From Pseudomonadota bacterium (GTDB lineage: Bacteria > Pseudomonadota > Gammaproteobacteria > Burkholderiales > JABEVD01): DNA of 64,000 nucleotides. Shown here piece after piece: positions 1 through 9,299 of the stretch. The stretch is taken from assembly GCA_021802545.1 (NCBI GenBank), contig JAJZRS010000001.1, forward strand, positions 30,822 to 94,821. The letters are read 5' to 3'. The position numbers and the translations under genes were made by a program. Below the pieces are notes generated by a model that saw only the letters and a program-made list of their open reading frames with translations, was not told the DNA's origin and did no database searches. Position 1 is the first letter of the stretch. Every line of letters starts with the position of its first letter.

Positions 1-1428
1 CTCGATCCGCCCAAAGGCGGATTGATCAGGATCTTTTATCTGCCGAAATCCGACGGCGGCAAGGACGGCCTGCATGCGCTGCTCGTGGTGACTGGGAGCG
101 ATACCAAGGCGCTCAGAATTGCAGCCGAGACATTCGCCAACATGACGCTTCCTTACCCGGGCACACAGGAGATGAATGTTTATTCCTTCGTGATGCCCGA
201 CATTTCCATGTACGGCGGAAGAAGCGAGATCGCGCCGGACAAGAAATATGCCTTCAAGACGATAGGCATGGAATCGATCACCTTCAACGGCCTGAGCGGC
301 GCCGTGCAGGGCGGCTCGCCTGACATCTCCTTCAGGCTGCCGCCCGATTTCCTGATCGAGCAGAATCAATATGCCAAGCTGGTTCTGAACTTCTCCTACG
401 GCTCCGGGATGATGCAGGATTCTGCGCTGGACATCGTGGTGAACGGCATCAGGGTGCAGGACATCCACCTCAACAACCAGGATGGAGCATACATCAGCGG
501 GTACAAGGTCCAGATCCCGACCTATCTTTTCAAGCCCGGCGAAAACGTGATCTCCTTCCAGCCTTATCTCAATGTCGACCATGCGCTGTGCAAAATGGTC
601 AACATCAACATGCCTTTCGTTTCCCTTTACAAGAATTCGACGCTTTATTTCCCCTCCATGCCGCATTTCGTCCAGATGCCCAAGCTGGAGCTTTTCACGC
701 TCAACGGTTTTCCATTCACGCGCTGGCCCGACGGCTACAAGACGCTCGTCTACCTGCCCAAGCACGACGACGCATCCATCGATACCGCCCTCAACCTGAT
801 CGGGACGATCACGCAGAAGAACGGCTTCCCGCTTTTCGGCTTGAAAATCGCCTATTCCGATCCGGGAGACTGGGACGGTGAAATGCTCGTGGTGGGCGAA
901 ATCGGATCGCTGCCCGCATCGCTCATGAAGAATGCGCCGCTCCAGCCGCAAGGAGTGGCCAGCATTTCCTACCCCGTTTCCCGCGGATGGGATAGCGACA
1001 GAACTGCCGTGGTCAGCAAGCAGCAGAGCGGGATTGGCGCAGGGACTGGGCTCGTGATGGAATTCGAATCACCGAAATACAAGGGAAGGTCGGTGATCAT
1101 GGTGACTGCCCAGGATGCAAACGACATGCGCACCCTCGGGGATGCTTTGCTCGATCCGGGCATTCAGGCCAGCCTATTCGGCGACGTTTCGCTGATACGC
1201 CTGGATTTGCCGAAATACCAGGCAAAATCGGTGATGATCGGAAAGATCTATTCAACCGGCCAGAACGGAGGCATCTCCGCTGTGGATGCCTTTCTGTACG
1301 ACCATACCTACCTGTTTTACGCATTGGTCGCTGCGATCATCATCTTGCTGAGCATGGTCGGCTTCTTGCTGATGAGACGCTACAGAAAGAAACGCACCAA
1401 AGTGACTTCAGATGAAAAGCGCGAATAG
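1..1428 (+). CDS. bcsB: Cellulose synthase periplasmic subunit BcsB, C-terminal part (5' end outside window)
   Basis: The frame is open from nt 1 (LDPPKGG precedes the listed Met at 22). BcsB-like blocks are present (LVLNFSYGSGMMQDSALDIVVNG, FPFTRWPDGY). There is a single C-terminal TM anchor (YALVAAIIILLSMVGFLLM) with a basic tail. It overlaps the next gene by 17 nt. Confidence 0.85.
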   Translation, partial: LDPPKGGLIRIFYLPKSDGGKDGLHALLVVTGSDTKALRIAAETFANMTLPYPGTQEMNVYSFVMPDISMYGGRSEIAPDKKYAFKTIGMESITFNGLSGAVQGGSPDISFRLPPDFLIEQNQYAKLVLNFSYGSGMMQDSALDIVVNGIRVQDIHLNNQDGAYISGYKVQIPTYLFKPGENVISFQPYLNVDHALCKMVNINMPFVSLYKNSTLYFPSMPHFVQMPKLELFTLNGFPFTRWPDGYKTLVYLPKHDDASIDTALNLIGTITQKNGFPLFGLKIAYSDPGDWDGEMLVVGEIGSLPASLMKNAPLQPQGVASISYPVSRGWDSDRTAVVSKQQSGIGAGTGLVMEFESPKYKGRSVIMVTAQDANDMRTLGDALLDPGIQASLFGDVSLIRLDLPKYQAKSVMIGKIYSTGQNGGISAVDAFLYDHTYLFYALVAAIIILLSMVGFLLMRRYRKKRTKVTSDEKRE

Positions 1429-4400
1429 GCTCAGGCGGCTTTTCCCCTTCTCCCTGCTTTTCCTGGCACTTGTCTTTTTTCCCGCCAAGGCCGTCGACCT
1501 CACAGTGGTGCGCAAGAAGCTGGCGATGATCGAGCTTCTGATCAAGGCGGGCAGGAAAGAGGAGGCTGCAGCCCAGATGCGCTCTATTTTCCCGAAAGGG
1601 CCGCCTATCGGGGGAGCGCTTGCGCTGGAATATTACGACGTGATCGGCAATACGGATCAAGGCTGGGAGGAAGCGAAGAAAGGGCTGGAGAAGCTGGTTG
1701 CAGCCGACCCGTACGATCTGGGCTACAAGCTGGCGTTTGCCAGGCAGCTGGCAAGAAGGTCGGAGACAAGGCATGAAGGCATGCAGATCTTTGCCGACTT
1801 GTCCAAGAATCCGGACATGAAGCAGCGGGTCCTTGCGGAATGGCGGAAAGCGCTTGGCGAGGTGGCCAATGACGAAGCCGGAATTGCGTTCATTCAGGAT
1901 TATCTTGCGGTCGATCCCGGCAATGCAGACATGCAGGATGCGCTGTCCGTCGCAAAGCGCATCGTGGCTGCCAGCCTGCCCTGGAAACTGCGCAAGCAGG
2001 CCGATATCCAGCTGCAAGCGGGGCACGCCGATGCCGCAATGGCAACGCTCGAAAAGGCGCTCAAGCTCGACCCGAAAAATCCCTGGGTGCGCTTCGATCT
2101 TGCCAGGCTTTTTCTCAAGAAGAAAGGCGAAAAGGCAGGGGATTTCGCGATGGAAAAGGGGCTTGTCCTGCAGCCTGACGATCCCGACATGCTGTACGCC
2201 TATGCCCTTTATCTGAGTCTCGATAACAGGCCGGGCGATGCGCTCAAGATGCTGGACAAGATCCCGCCGTACAGGCTTTCGGATGCCATGCAGCGGCTTA
2301 AGAAAGAGGCGGCGGCCCGCGAGAATGAGATGAAATATGCCTTGGCCCATCCGAATCTTGTCCAGCATGCCGCAACAGGCCCTTCGCCATGGAAACTGCG
2401 CGACGAGGCTTCCGCCCAGCTTGACGCCGGCCATTTCGAGGCGGCGAAAGACCTCCTGAAAAAGGCGCTGAAGCTTGACGCCAGGAATCCATGGGTACGC
2501 TTCGATCTGGCGCGCCTCTACCAGAAAGGTGGGGAGCAGCAGGCAGGGCTTTCCCTCATGAATGAAGGGCTCGGGCTCGCGCCCCAGGATGCGGCCATGC
2601 TCTATGTCAACGCGCTCTACATCGCGCTTTCGGACGAGGCTGAGAACGCGCTCGTGCTTCTCGAAAGAATTCCGGAAGCGAAGCGGAGTCAGGCGATGCA
2701 GCGCCTGGCCAAGGAAATGCTCGTCCAGGTCAGGATCAACCGCGCGCAAGCGGCATTCAAGAATGGCCATCTGGATCTCATGCGAAAAGAGATGCTTTCC
2801 GCCGAGCGCGAAGCAGACGGGAACGAAGGACTCATCGACAAGGTGGCCAATACATGGTTCGTTCTGAACAATCCGGAAAGGGGTCTCGCGATCATGAAGC
2901 CGCTCGCGACGACCAGCGACGCCATGATCGACTACGCCAGGCTGCTCGACCGCGCCGAAAAGGATGCCGAACTCGATGGTCTTCTGAGGAAGATTTCAGA
3001 GCAAAGCGGCCTGCTGCCCGAGCAGGAAGACGAAGTGCAGAAAATCCGCCTGTCCATGACGGAGCGCATGGCGAACAGGTTCCTGAAGGAAGGGAATATC
3101 GCCTCCGCCAGGGGGGCGATCGCCCAAATTCTGGAAGACACGTCGCCTCAGGATGTCGACAAGCGCATGACCATCGCCGGCTGGTATCTCGATGCGAATG
3201 ATGCGCGGGATGCGCGCGACATCGTCGAAACGGTGAAGCGGCACGCGCCGTTCGATCCCAGGGTGCTGACGATGGAAGGGCGGATATATCAATCAGAAGG
3301 GGAAGATGAAAAGGCGCTGCTCCGTTTCAAGGAGGCAGGCGCCCTTGAGAATCTCTCGGACATGTTGCGCCATCGCGCAAGGGCCTATCTCGAAACCGGG
3401 GAAAACTATCTCAGCAAGCGGGACGGCTCGCCGGGCATTTCGAACCTGAAGGAATCCGACAAATCGGTGGACATCCATATTCCCTACGGGTATAGGGATG
3501 CCCAGTTCTTCGTCCAGATGGACAGCGTCAGCCTGAATGCGGGCGCGCTTTCGCGCTCGGCGACCGGATCCTATGCGCTGAAGCAGTACGGACAGGTATT
3601 GGCCATGGACCCGCTCCTCAACAAGATCGAAGGCTCGGCCTATGCCAATCCGTCAACACAGGGCATCGCGCTCGGAGTCGGCCTGGAAAAAGGTGATTTT
3701 CGCTTCGATGTCGGCACGACGCCTCGCGGTTTCCCCGTCTCTTACCTGGTCGGCGGCATGAAATGGTCGCATTACACGGCCACAACAGGATTTTCCCTGG
3801 ATGTTTCGCGCCGTCCGGTCACGAGCAGCCTGATTTCCTATGCAGGTGCCCATGATCCAGTGACGGGCCAAGTCTGGGGAGGAGTCAGGAGCACGGGAGG
3901 AAGCCTCCATTTCAGCCGGAGCCGCGGGCCATTGACGGGTTCGCTGGACATGGATATGCACTGGCTGACCGGAACCAACGTGCTGACCAACAAGGAACGC
4001 AACGTCCGCCTCGGGCTCGATTGGGATTTCATCAGGGAGGAGGACATGCGGCTCAATGCGGGGATTGCCGTCAGCGACTGGCATTTCAGCGACGATCTCA
4101 GCAACTACACTTTCGGGCAGGGCGGCTATTACAGTCCGCAGAAATACCATTCGCTTTCCTTGCCCGTACGCTGGGAAGGGCGATGGAGGCGGCTTTCCTA
4201 TCTGCTTCAGGGATCCGTCTCGGTTTCCACAAGCTATTCAAGGGAGGACATGCCCTACTATCCCACAAGACCCGATCTGCAGGCTGCAGCGGGAAATCCC
4301 ACTTATTCCGGAGGGTCGGGGCATGGGATGTATTATTCCGTCGGCAGTGCGCTCGAATATCGGGTTGTCCCGCAACTCTATGTCGGAGGCAGGCTGGAAG

Positions 4401-4522
4401 TGGATCATACCGCCTATTATTCGCCCAACTATTTCACAGCCTACCTGCGCTACATGTTCGATCCCGATTCGGGGCCTGTTCCCTATCCGCCCCAGCCCAT
4501 CAGGCCCTATTCGCAATACTAG
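1412..4522 (+). CDS. bcsC: Cellulose synthase operon protein BcsC (TPR scaffold + C-terminal outer-membrane beta-barrel)
   Basis: Signal peptide (LLFLALVFFPAKA). A long TPR-like region contains a repeated KALKLD(P/A)(K/R)NPWVRFDLARL block. The C-terminal ~330 aa are Gly/Ser/Tyr-rich with alternating beta-barrel-type sequence ending YLRYMF. It follows bcsB directly. Confidence 0.85.
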   Translation: MKSANRLRRLFPFSLLFLALVFFPAKAVDLTVVRKKLAMIELLIKAGRKEEAAAQMRSIFPKGPPIGGALALEYYDVIGNTDQGWEEAKKGLEKLVAADPYDLGYKLAFARQLARRSETRHEGMQIFADLSKNPDMKQRVLAEWRKALGEVANDEAGIAFIQDYLAVDPGNADMQDALSVAKRIVAASLPWKLRKQADIQLQAGHADAAMATLEKALKLDPKNPWVRFDLARLFLKKKGEKAGDFAMEKGLVLQPDDPDMLYAYALYLSLDNRPGDALKMLDKIPPYRLSDAMQRLKKEAAARENEMKYALAHPNLVQHAATGPSPWKLRDEASAQLDAGHFEAAKDLLKKALKLDARNPWVRFDLARLYQKGGEQQAGLSLMNEGLGLAPQDAAMLYVNALYIALSDEAENALVLLERIPEAKRSQAMQRLAKEMLVQVRINRAQAAFKNGHLDLMRKEMLSAEREADGNEGLIDKVANTWFVLNNPERGLAIMKPLATTSDAMIDYARLLDRAEKDAELDGLLRKISEQSGLLPEQEDEVQKIRLSMTERMANRFLKEGNIASARGAIAQILEDTSPQDVDKRMTIAGWYLDANDARDARDIVETVKRHAPFDPRVLTMEGRIYQSEGEDEKALLRFKEAGALENLSDMLRHRARAYLETGENYLSKRDGSPGISNLKESDKSVDIHIPYGYRDAQFFVQMDSVSLNAGALSRSATGSYALKQYGQVLAMDPLLNKIEGSAYANPSTQGIALGVGLEKGDFRFDVGTTPRGFPVSYLVGGMKWSHYTATTGFSLDVSRRPVTSSLISYAGAHDPVTGQVWGGVRSTGGSLHFSRSRGPLTGSLDMDMHWLTGTNVLTNKERNVRLGLDWDFIREEDMRLNAGIAVSDWHFSDDLSNYTFGQGGYYSPQKYHSLSLPVRWEGRWRRLSYLLQGSVSVSTSYSREDMPYYPTRPDLQAAAGNPTYSGGSGHGMYYSVGSALEYRVVPQLYVGGRLEVDHTAYYSPNYFTAYLRYMFDPDSGPVPYPPQPIRPYSQY

Positions 4523-4525
4523 GCA

Positions 4526-5050
4526 TCAGGCGTCCTGCAGTTTCAATTCCTTGTAATAGCGGTCTATGGCCCACTCGACATCTTCCCTTTCCGCATATAC
4601 CGCAGTGGCGTATTTGCCGGTGGCAAATCGCAGCGCCTGCAGGATATCGTGATCGAGAGGATTGCGCATCGCGACAACCACATGACTGCGGTGCAGGAAG
4701 CAGGGCATCAGGACGAGCCTTCTTGCCGTCAGGTTGGGCACGAGCTTGACCGCCTCGGTCTCGATTTCCAGGCTGCGCAAATCGACCCTGGGTATGCCGA
4801 GCCGTGCGGCGAGAACCGAGTCGACCGAATCCGCATCCACCGCACCCGCTTCGATGAGGATCTCGCCGATGCGTTTGTCTTTCGCTGTGTTCTGGATCTC
4901 GACCGCCTTGTCAAGCTGCGCGCGGGTGATCAGCCCTTCGGCAAGCAGCTGTTCGCCAAGCAGCGAAATGGGTTCCCTGTTGCGCGTGTCGAGCGCTTGT
5001 CTGAGGCTGGCGGCGTCGGCGATGATCTTGCCGAATGCGGCTTGTTCCAT
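4526..5050 (-). CDS. Stand-alone MshEN + T2SSE_N domain protein (no ATPase domain); putative c-di-GMP receptor
   Basis: Two tandem 24-residue MshEN-type motifs are separated by a 5-residue spacer: LLGEQLLAEGLITRAQLDKAVEIQ-NTAKD-KRIGEILIEAGAVDADSVDSVLAA. A GspE/PilB N-terminal-like region follows (LGIPRVDL...VKLVP...). The protein ends at 174 aa with no Walker motifs. It lies 75 nt downstream of bcsG on the same strand. Confidence 0.7.
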   Translation of the reverse strand: MEQAAFGKIIADAASLRQALDTRNREPISLLGEQLLAEGLITRAQLDKAVEIQNTAKDKRIGEILIEAGAVDADSVDSVLAARLGIPRVDLRSLEIETEAVKLVPNLTARRLVLMPCFLHRSHVVVAMRNPLDHDILQALRFATGKYATAVYAEREDVEWAIDRYYKELKLQDA

Positions 5051-5125
5051 GGGTTTCCTGTGCGAGAGGCGCGTTCAGTAGATGGGGTTTAAGCTACCAC
5101 ACATTCTGTTCAAATTCAAAAACTG

Positions 5126-6673
5126 TCAGTTCGAATCGTATGGAACCCACGCCTGGTCGTTGGACTTGATGTAATACTGTTTGCCGCTTCTCATGACGAC
5201 GATGCCGGAATTTTCAGCGACATGATCCGTCTCTGGCAGGTCGTTGACGTAATCCGACATGCTCAGATTGCCCTTGCCGAAAGGGGGAATTTCGATGAAT
5301 TCTGAAAACAGCTTCGCGAGGGCAAGATAGCTGGACGGCTTGGACACGACGACCTGGCCTTTGCCTTGAAAGCCGAACAGCTTGATTCCGACTGGCACCG
5401 TCGTGATGAGCGGCGTGGGGATTTCCCTCAAGCCTGCGATCTGCATCTTGTCGCCGCGCACCGATGCGCCGTGTTCCCCGATGACGACCACCACGGCGTT
5501 CCGCTTCGATGCTTCAAGCAGGTCGAAGAAGCGGCTTATATCTGCAAGAAGCTGGTGCAGTCTGGGCGGATAGATCTTCATGCTATCCTCGCGGCGTCCC
5601 ATGTACTGGTCGCCGTCGTGCATGCTGATGGTGTTGTAGTACAGGGCGACGCGTGAATCTCCCGATTTGATGCGGTTTTCCCACCATTTGGAAAGCACCG
5701 TGTAATCGTCGTGAATCGGCGAACCGTCGAAGGCCTGAAGGTAGGTCGGAAGGCCGCTCGAATTGAAAGGCGTGACGTCCAGTCCGCCCCGGACCTGGAT
5801 GTCCGGGTTCAGGAAGCCCCCGTAGAGGCCGTCATGGTTCATCGCGATCTCCGGCGTGTAACCGATTTTCTGAAGATTGTCGAAAGTGAGGCATTCCTTG
5901 CGAGGCGGGTCGTAAAGCGCCTTGTGCATTTCTTGTCCGCAGCTGCTGCGCAGCAGGCGTATGGCTGCGGGGCCGCTGTATGAGACTGCGGAATTGAAAT
6001 CGGTGAAGAGGATGTTGAACCGCTTGAACAGCGGGTTGTCGTGCTCGTGGGTGAAATCGATGTCATCCCAGGAAAGCGAACAGATTTGCAGGATGATGAT
6101 GTCGAAAGGCGCATCGGATTTGTCCGGGATCTTGAAAGAGACGGACCGGCCTGCTTCATTCCTGAAGAATGCATCGAGCTGGGCGGAAAGGCTTGCATCC
6201 GTCGGCGCGCTCGACGTTTCTGCCGAAGCGGTATTATCGCCACTTGCCTCGAGGTTGGCTGATTTGCCGGTCAAGAACAGGGGAACGAACATGGCGATGA
6301 AGACGAAGGAGGAAATGCGCAGTTTTTTTCTGGTCAGGAAATAGACGAGGAAGGCAACGGCCATGCCTGCGACGACATACGGATTGATGAAGCGTCCCAG
6401 GAGCTCGATCAGGTAGCGAGGCGTGAATCCCCTGAGTTCGGAGGATTGGGAAAAAGCCCTTGAGATTGGCGGGAGCCATGTGTCATAGTAGAAAAGCGAG
6501 AAGCCAATGGGCAGCGAAATCAGCTTCTTGAATTTCGAAAAGCGTGCAAGCCGCACGGGAAGCGGGAAAATCAGGAACAGGGCGAATGCCAGGTTCAGCC
6601 AGGGATGAAAGCCCATGTGGTGGCTGAAATACAGATAGAGCTTGGAAATGAAATACAGGTCCCACAAACCCAT
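5126..6673 (-). CDS. bcsG: Cellulose phosphoethanolamine transferase BcsG
   Basis: N-terminal multi-TM region, then an alkaline-phosphatase-superfamily domain with the BcsG-type nucleophile context IIILQICSLSWDDIDF. Its size and bcs neighbourhood fit BcsG. Confidence 0.85.
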   Translation of the reverse strand: MGLWDLYFISKLYLYFSHHMGFHPWLNLAFALFLIFPLPVRLARFSKFKKLISLPIGFSLFYYDTWLPPISRAFSQSSELRGFTPRYLIELLGRFINPYVVAGMAVAFLVYFLTRKKLRISSFVFIAMFVPLFLTGKSANLEASGDNTASAETSSAPTDASLSAQLDAFFRNEAGRSVSFKIPDKSDAPFDIIILQICSLSWDDIDFTHEHDNPLFKRFNILFTDFNSAVSYSGPAAIRLLRSSCGQEMHKALYDPPRKECLTFDNLQKIGYTPEIAMNHDGLYGGFLNPDIQVRGGLDVTPFNSSGLPTYLQAFDGSPIHDDYTVLSKWWENRIKSGDSRVALYYNTISMHDGDQYMGRREDSMKIYPPRLHQLLADISRFFDLLEASKRNAVVVVIGEHGASVRGDKMQIAGLREIPTPLITTVPVGIKLFGFQGKGQVVVSKPSSYLALAKLFSEFIEIPPFGKGNLSMSDYVNDLPETDHVAENSGIVVMRSGKQYYIKSNDQAWVPYDSN

Positions 6674-6796
6674 GGCGGCAATCCTGAAGACGAACTGGTA
6701 GTATAATCCAGTCGTGCATGCACGAACTACTTGAAATGCGCTCTAAATTTGCACAAAATCATATTCAAACGATTTTAGGTACAATCGGGGTGGGCA

Positions 6797-7513
6797 GTGG
6801 AGGTAATCGAGCGATTTTCCACATTGCTGGAATGCAGGACCGAAGCTTCCTGGATGGATATGCTATTCGGGCTGGCGGGTCATTTCGGCTTCGATAGTAC
6901 GCTGATCGCAGTTGTTCCGGAGCCCGGCGCTTCCCTCGAGCAGGCTTTCCTGCGCAGCAACTATTCTCCGAAATGGCGCGGCGTCTATGACGAATCCAAG
7001 CTGGTTTACGTCGACCCGACCGTGGCCCATTGCTTAATGCATTCGACGCCGCTGATCTGGGAGCCCGACCTGTTCGATACCAAGCCCCGGAGAGCGATGT
7101 ATGAAGAGGCATGCAGCCATGGCTTGCGCTCCGGCGTCACCCTTCCTTTCCACGGTTCGAACGGGGAGCATGGCATACTGTGCTTCGTCAGCGACATCCA
7201 GCCGGACAGGCGTTTTCTGAACGATGTGCAAAGATTCATGCCCGAACTTGCACTGTTGCGCGATTTCGCTTTCGAGGCGGCCTTGCAGTATGCGAGGGAC
7301 GACCAGGATGATCAGCAGGTTCCTTCCGTCACGCGCCGCGAACTCGAGTGCCTCAAATGGGGCGCTGCAGGAAAAAGCTCCTGGGAAATCGCCAAGATAC
7401 TTCGATGTTCGGAATCGACTGTCAATTTCCATTTTGGCAACATCCGCCGAAAATTCGATGCAACTTCACGCCAGCAGGCGGTCGTCAAGGCAATCAAGCT
7501 GGGGATGATCTGA
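6797..7513 (+). CDS. luxR: LuxR-family AHL-responsive transcriptional regulator
   Basis: GTG start. N-terminal autoinducer-binding-type domain (W..Y....L..VDP, GILCFV). C-terminal LuxR HTH (RELECLKWGAAGKSSWEIAKILRCSESTVNFHFGNIRRKF). Confidence 0.85.
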   Translation: MEVIERFSTLLECRTEASWMDMLFGLAGHFGFDSTLIAVVPEPGASLEQAFLRSNYSPKWRGVYDESKLVYVDPTVAHCLMHSTPLIWEPDLFDTKPRRAMYEEACSHGLRSGVTLPFHGSNGEHGILCFVSDIQPDRRFLNDVQRFMPELALLRDFAFEAALQYARDDQDDQQVPSVTRRELECLKWGAAGKSSWEIAKILRCSESTVNFHFGNIRRKFDATSRQQAVVKAIKLGMI

Positions 7514-7760
7514 TTGATGCGCGCCGCCTGCGGGCTTGCCGCAAATCGCCGTCCGTGATTATCCCTTCCAGGTAAAGCGTCAGCAAAATGGCAACGGGCG
7601 GAGGAATTTCCTTTCCCAGTTCGAAGCGGCTGCCGCGCGATTGGGTCACCCCGAATCTTCCCCAGAAGAGGAACTGACTTTCTTTCTTCGCCTTTCTGTA
7701 GCTGCGCAATATGTCCGGAGTCATGTTTCGGTCATCATCCAATTGTTGCTCTACACGCAT
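7494..7760 (-). CDS. Small HTH protein between luxR and luxI, RsaL-like repressor candidate
   Basis: 88-aa ORF (alternative Met at 7724) antisense to both neighbours, overlapping the luxR 3' end by 20 nt. The central block ESQFLFWGRFGVTQSRGSRFELGKEIPPPVAILLTLYL looks like the RsaL-type HTH as I remember it. Position and orientation are the same as rsaL in las/ppu-type loci. Confidence 0.55.
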   Translation of the reverse strand: MRVEQQLDDDRNMTPDILRSYRKAKKESQFLFWGRFGVTQSRGSRFELGKEIPPPVAILLTLYLEGIITDGDLRQARRRRASIRSSPA

Positions 7761-7785
7761 ATTGCTACAAATTCCGACATTGCGT

Positions 7786-7805
7786 ACCTATCAGGTCTGA
7801 TAGTT
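7786..7805. promoter_or_regulatory. lux-box-like 20-bp imperfect palindrome in the rsaL-like/luxI divergent promoter region
   Basis: ACCTATCAGGTCTGATAGTT. The two 10-nt half-sites match as reverse complements at 8 of 10 positions, with CT...AG ends as in las/lux boxes. It lies 26 nt from the rsaL-like start and about 80 nt upstream of the luxI start. Confidence 0.55.
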
Positions 7806-7885
7806 ACAAATTTTAGCCAATAGGCATAATTTTTATGCGTCCTGGGTATTTCCAGATAACCAACATGGGGGCGCATATCATGTCT

Positions 7886-8467
7886 ATGTCGATTCAAATC
7901 GCTGCACGGAAGGACTTTCAAAGCAAGGAGCTGTGGCAGATGTTTCAGCTGAGGGCCAAGGTGTTCAAGGACAGGATGGGGTGGGATGTTTCCATCTTGA
8001 GCGGCATGGAAATCGACGGCTACGATGCGCTCGATCCGTATTACATGGTGATCCGCGAGCCTGGCAATACTGCGGTGCGCGGGTGCTGGCGGCTGCTTCC
8101 CACGGAGGGGCCTTACATGCTGAAGGATACTTTTCCTGAACTGCTGCACGGGCAGCCCGTTCCGGAAGGAAAGGGAATATGGGAGCTGAGCCGCTTTGCG
8201 ATCGAGACGAACGGGGATAGAAATTTCGGCTTCGCCGATCTGGCGCTCGATGCGATGCGCGAGATTGTTTCATTCGGCGACCGCATGGGCATAGATCGCT
8301 ACGTGACGGTGACCACCACGGCCATCGAACGCCTATTGCGGCGCACCGGCATCGTTATTCACCGCTTCGGTCCGCCGATCAGGATCGGGGTCGAAAATGC
8401 AGTTGCCCTGGAGATCGATATCGGGGAAGAGACTCACCAGGCGCTGTTCGGGAAAAAGGTGGCTTGA
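7886..8467 (+). CDS. luxI: Acyl-homoserine-lactone synthase (LuxI/LasI family)
   Basis: Blocks typical of LasI-like synthases: MSIQIAARKDF, LRAKVFKDRMGWDV, EIDGYDALDPYYM, GPYMLKDTFPELLHG, WELSRFAI, VTVTT. The ORF is open from 7835, but Met at 7886 aligns with the usual N-terminus. Confidence 0.9.
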   Translation: MSIQIAARKDFQSKELWQMFQLRAKVFKDRMGWDVSILSGMEIDGYDALDPYYMVIREPGNTAVRGCWRLLPTEGPYMLKDTFPELLHGQPVPEGKGIWELSRFAIETNGDRNFGFADLALDAMREIVSFGDRMGIDRYVTVTTTAIERLLRRTGIVIHRFGPPIRIGVENAVALEIDIGEETHQALFGKKVA

Positions 8468-8533
8468 GGCAGGGCTTGCTTTTACTGCATCGGCATCTAT
8501 GCTGAACCTGGCCTACCGAAAAAGGGAAAAATC

Positions 8534-8743
8534 ATGAAAAAGCTCGTTCCTGCTATTCTTTTCGCTTTTGCACTGTCATCTCTGCCCGCATATGCCGCAA
8601 GCGAAGGCAAACCTATGCCGGAGAAGAAGCTGACATCTCAGCAGATGAAGATGAAGAAATGCAATGCCGATGCCAAGGAGAAGAAGCTGAAGGGGAAGGA
8701 GAGGAAGGCTTTCATGAAATCCTGCCTCTCCGGAAAGAGCTAG
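8534..8743 (+). CDS. PsiF-repeat small periplasmic protein
   Basis: Signal peptide, then the PsiF-like repeat QQMKMKKCNADAKEKKLKGKERKAFMKSCL. AAGGGAAAAA lies upstream of the ATG. Confidence 0.6.
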   Translation: MKKLVPAILFAFALSSLPAYAASEGKPMPEKKLTSQQMKMKKCNADAKEKKLKGKERKAFMKSCLSGKS

Positions 8744-8744
8744 T

Positions 8745-9299
8745 TCAGAAGGGATCCCAGGTCTTGTTCCTCGTATAGTGCATGTAGCCGACGCTTGCGC
8801 CGGTGCGCAGGCCGACGCCCAGCCTGATCGGCGCTAGGATGATGTTGCCGAGCTGCTGGTAATTGATTCCAGCGCCGCCCACGTAATAAAAGCTGCCGTC
8901 CACGCCCGGAAAGCGCTGGAATATTTTGCTGGTCGAAGGCAGGTGGTAGACCAGTACGAATACCTTGGAGGCATTGCCGCCGAAGTCGAAGCCGATCGAA
9001 GGACCGCTCCAGTAGACTCGCGTGCTGCCTCCCGTCTTCATCCTGAGCCTGCCGTCCCCGTAGCGCAGGCCGACGCCGATCGCTCCGCTCGCTTCTTCAC
9101 CTTCGATGTAGGCGTTGGGGCGTCCATGCTCCTTGAACGCCTTTTCGATGATCTTGCCCAATCCCTCGGTGCTTTTGCCGAAGAAGTTCGTCGCGTCCCT
9201 GATAATGGAATCCTGGTCGTAAGTGTCTTCGGCGTTCGCACCGGCCGAGAAGCAGAGCGCTGCGGCCAGGAAGCAGGGCAAGATCCATTTGTTGAACAT
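8745..9299 (-). CDS. DUF1134-family secreted protein
   Basis: Start chosen at MFNKW (GGAGG 7 nt upstream) rather than the ORF top at 9344. Signal peptide (ILPCFLAAALCFSAGANA). The Gly-rich body (GEEASGAIGVGLRYGDG, SGPSIGFDFGG, YYVGGAGINY) is typical of DUF1134 as I recall it. Confidence 0.6.
   Translation of the reverse strand: MFNKWILPCFLAAALCFSAGANAEDTYDQDSIIRDATNFFGKSTEGLGKIIEKAFKEHGRPNAYIEGEEASGAIGVGLRYGDGRLRMKTGGSTRVYWSGPSIGFDFGGNASKVFVLVYHLPSTSKIFQRFPGVDGSFYYVGGAGINYQQLGNIILAPIRLGVGLRTGASVGYMHYTRNKTWDPF

Noticed and set aside
1340-2770. 476-aa minus-strand ORF covering the start of bcsC
   Set aside because: It lies entirely antisense to a well-supported TPR gene. The composition is Arg/His/Pro/Leu-rich with no recognisable motif. 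This is a typical shadow ORF of GC-rich coding DNA.
6702-6707. Exact TATAAT hexamer about 90 nt upstream of luxR as its promoter
   Set aside because: No acceptable -35 element lies at 16-18 nt spacing (GGCAAT-like at best). It is a single-hexamer match in an AT-rich spacer, so it is not reported as a feature.
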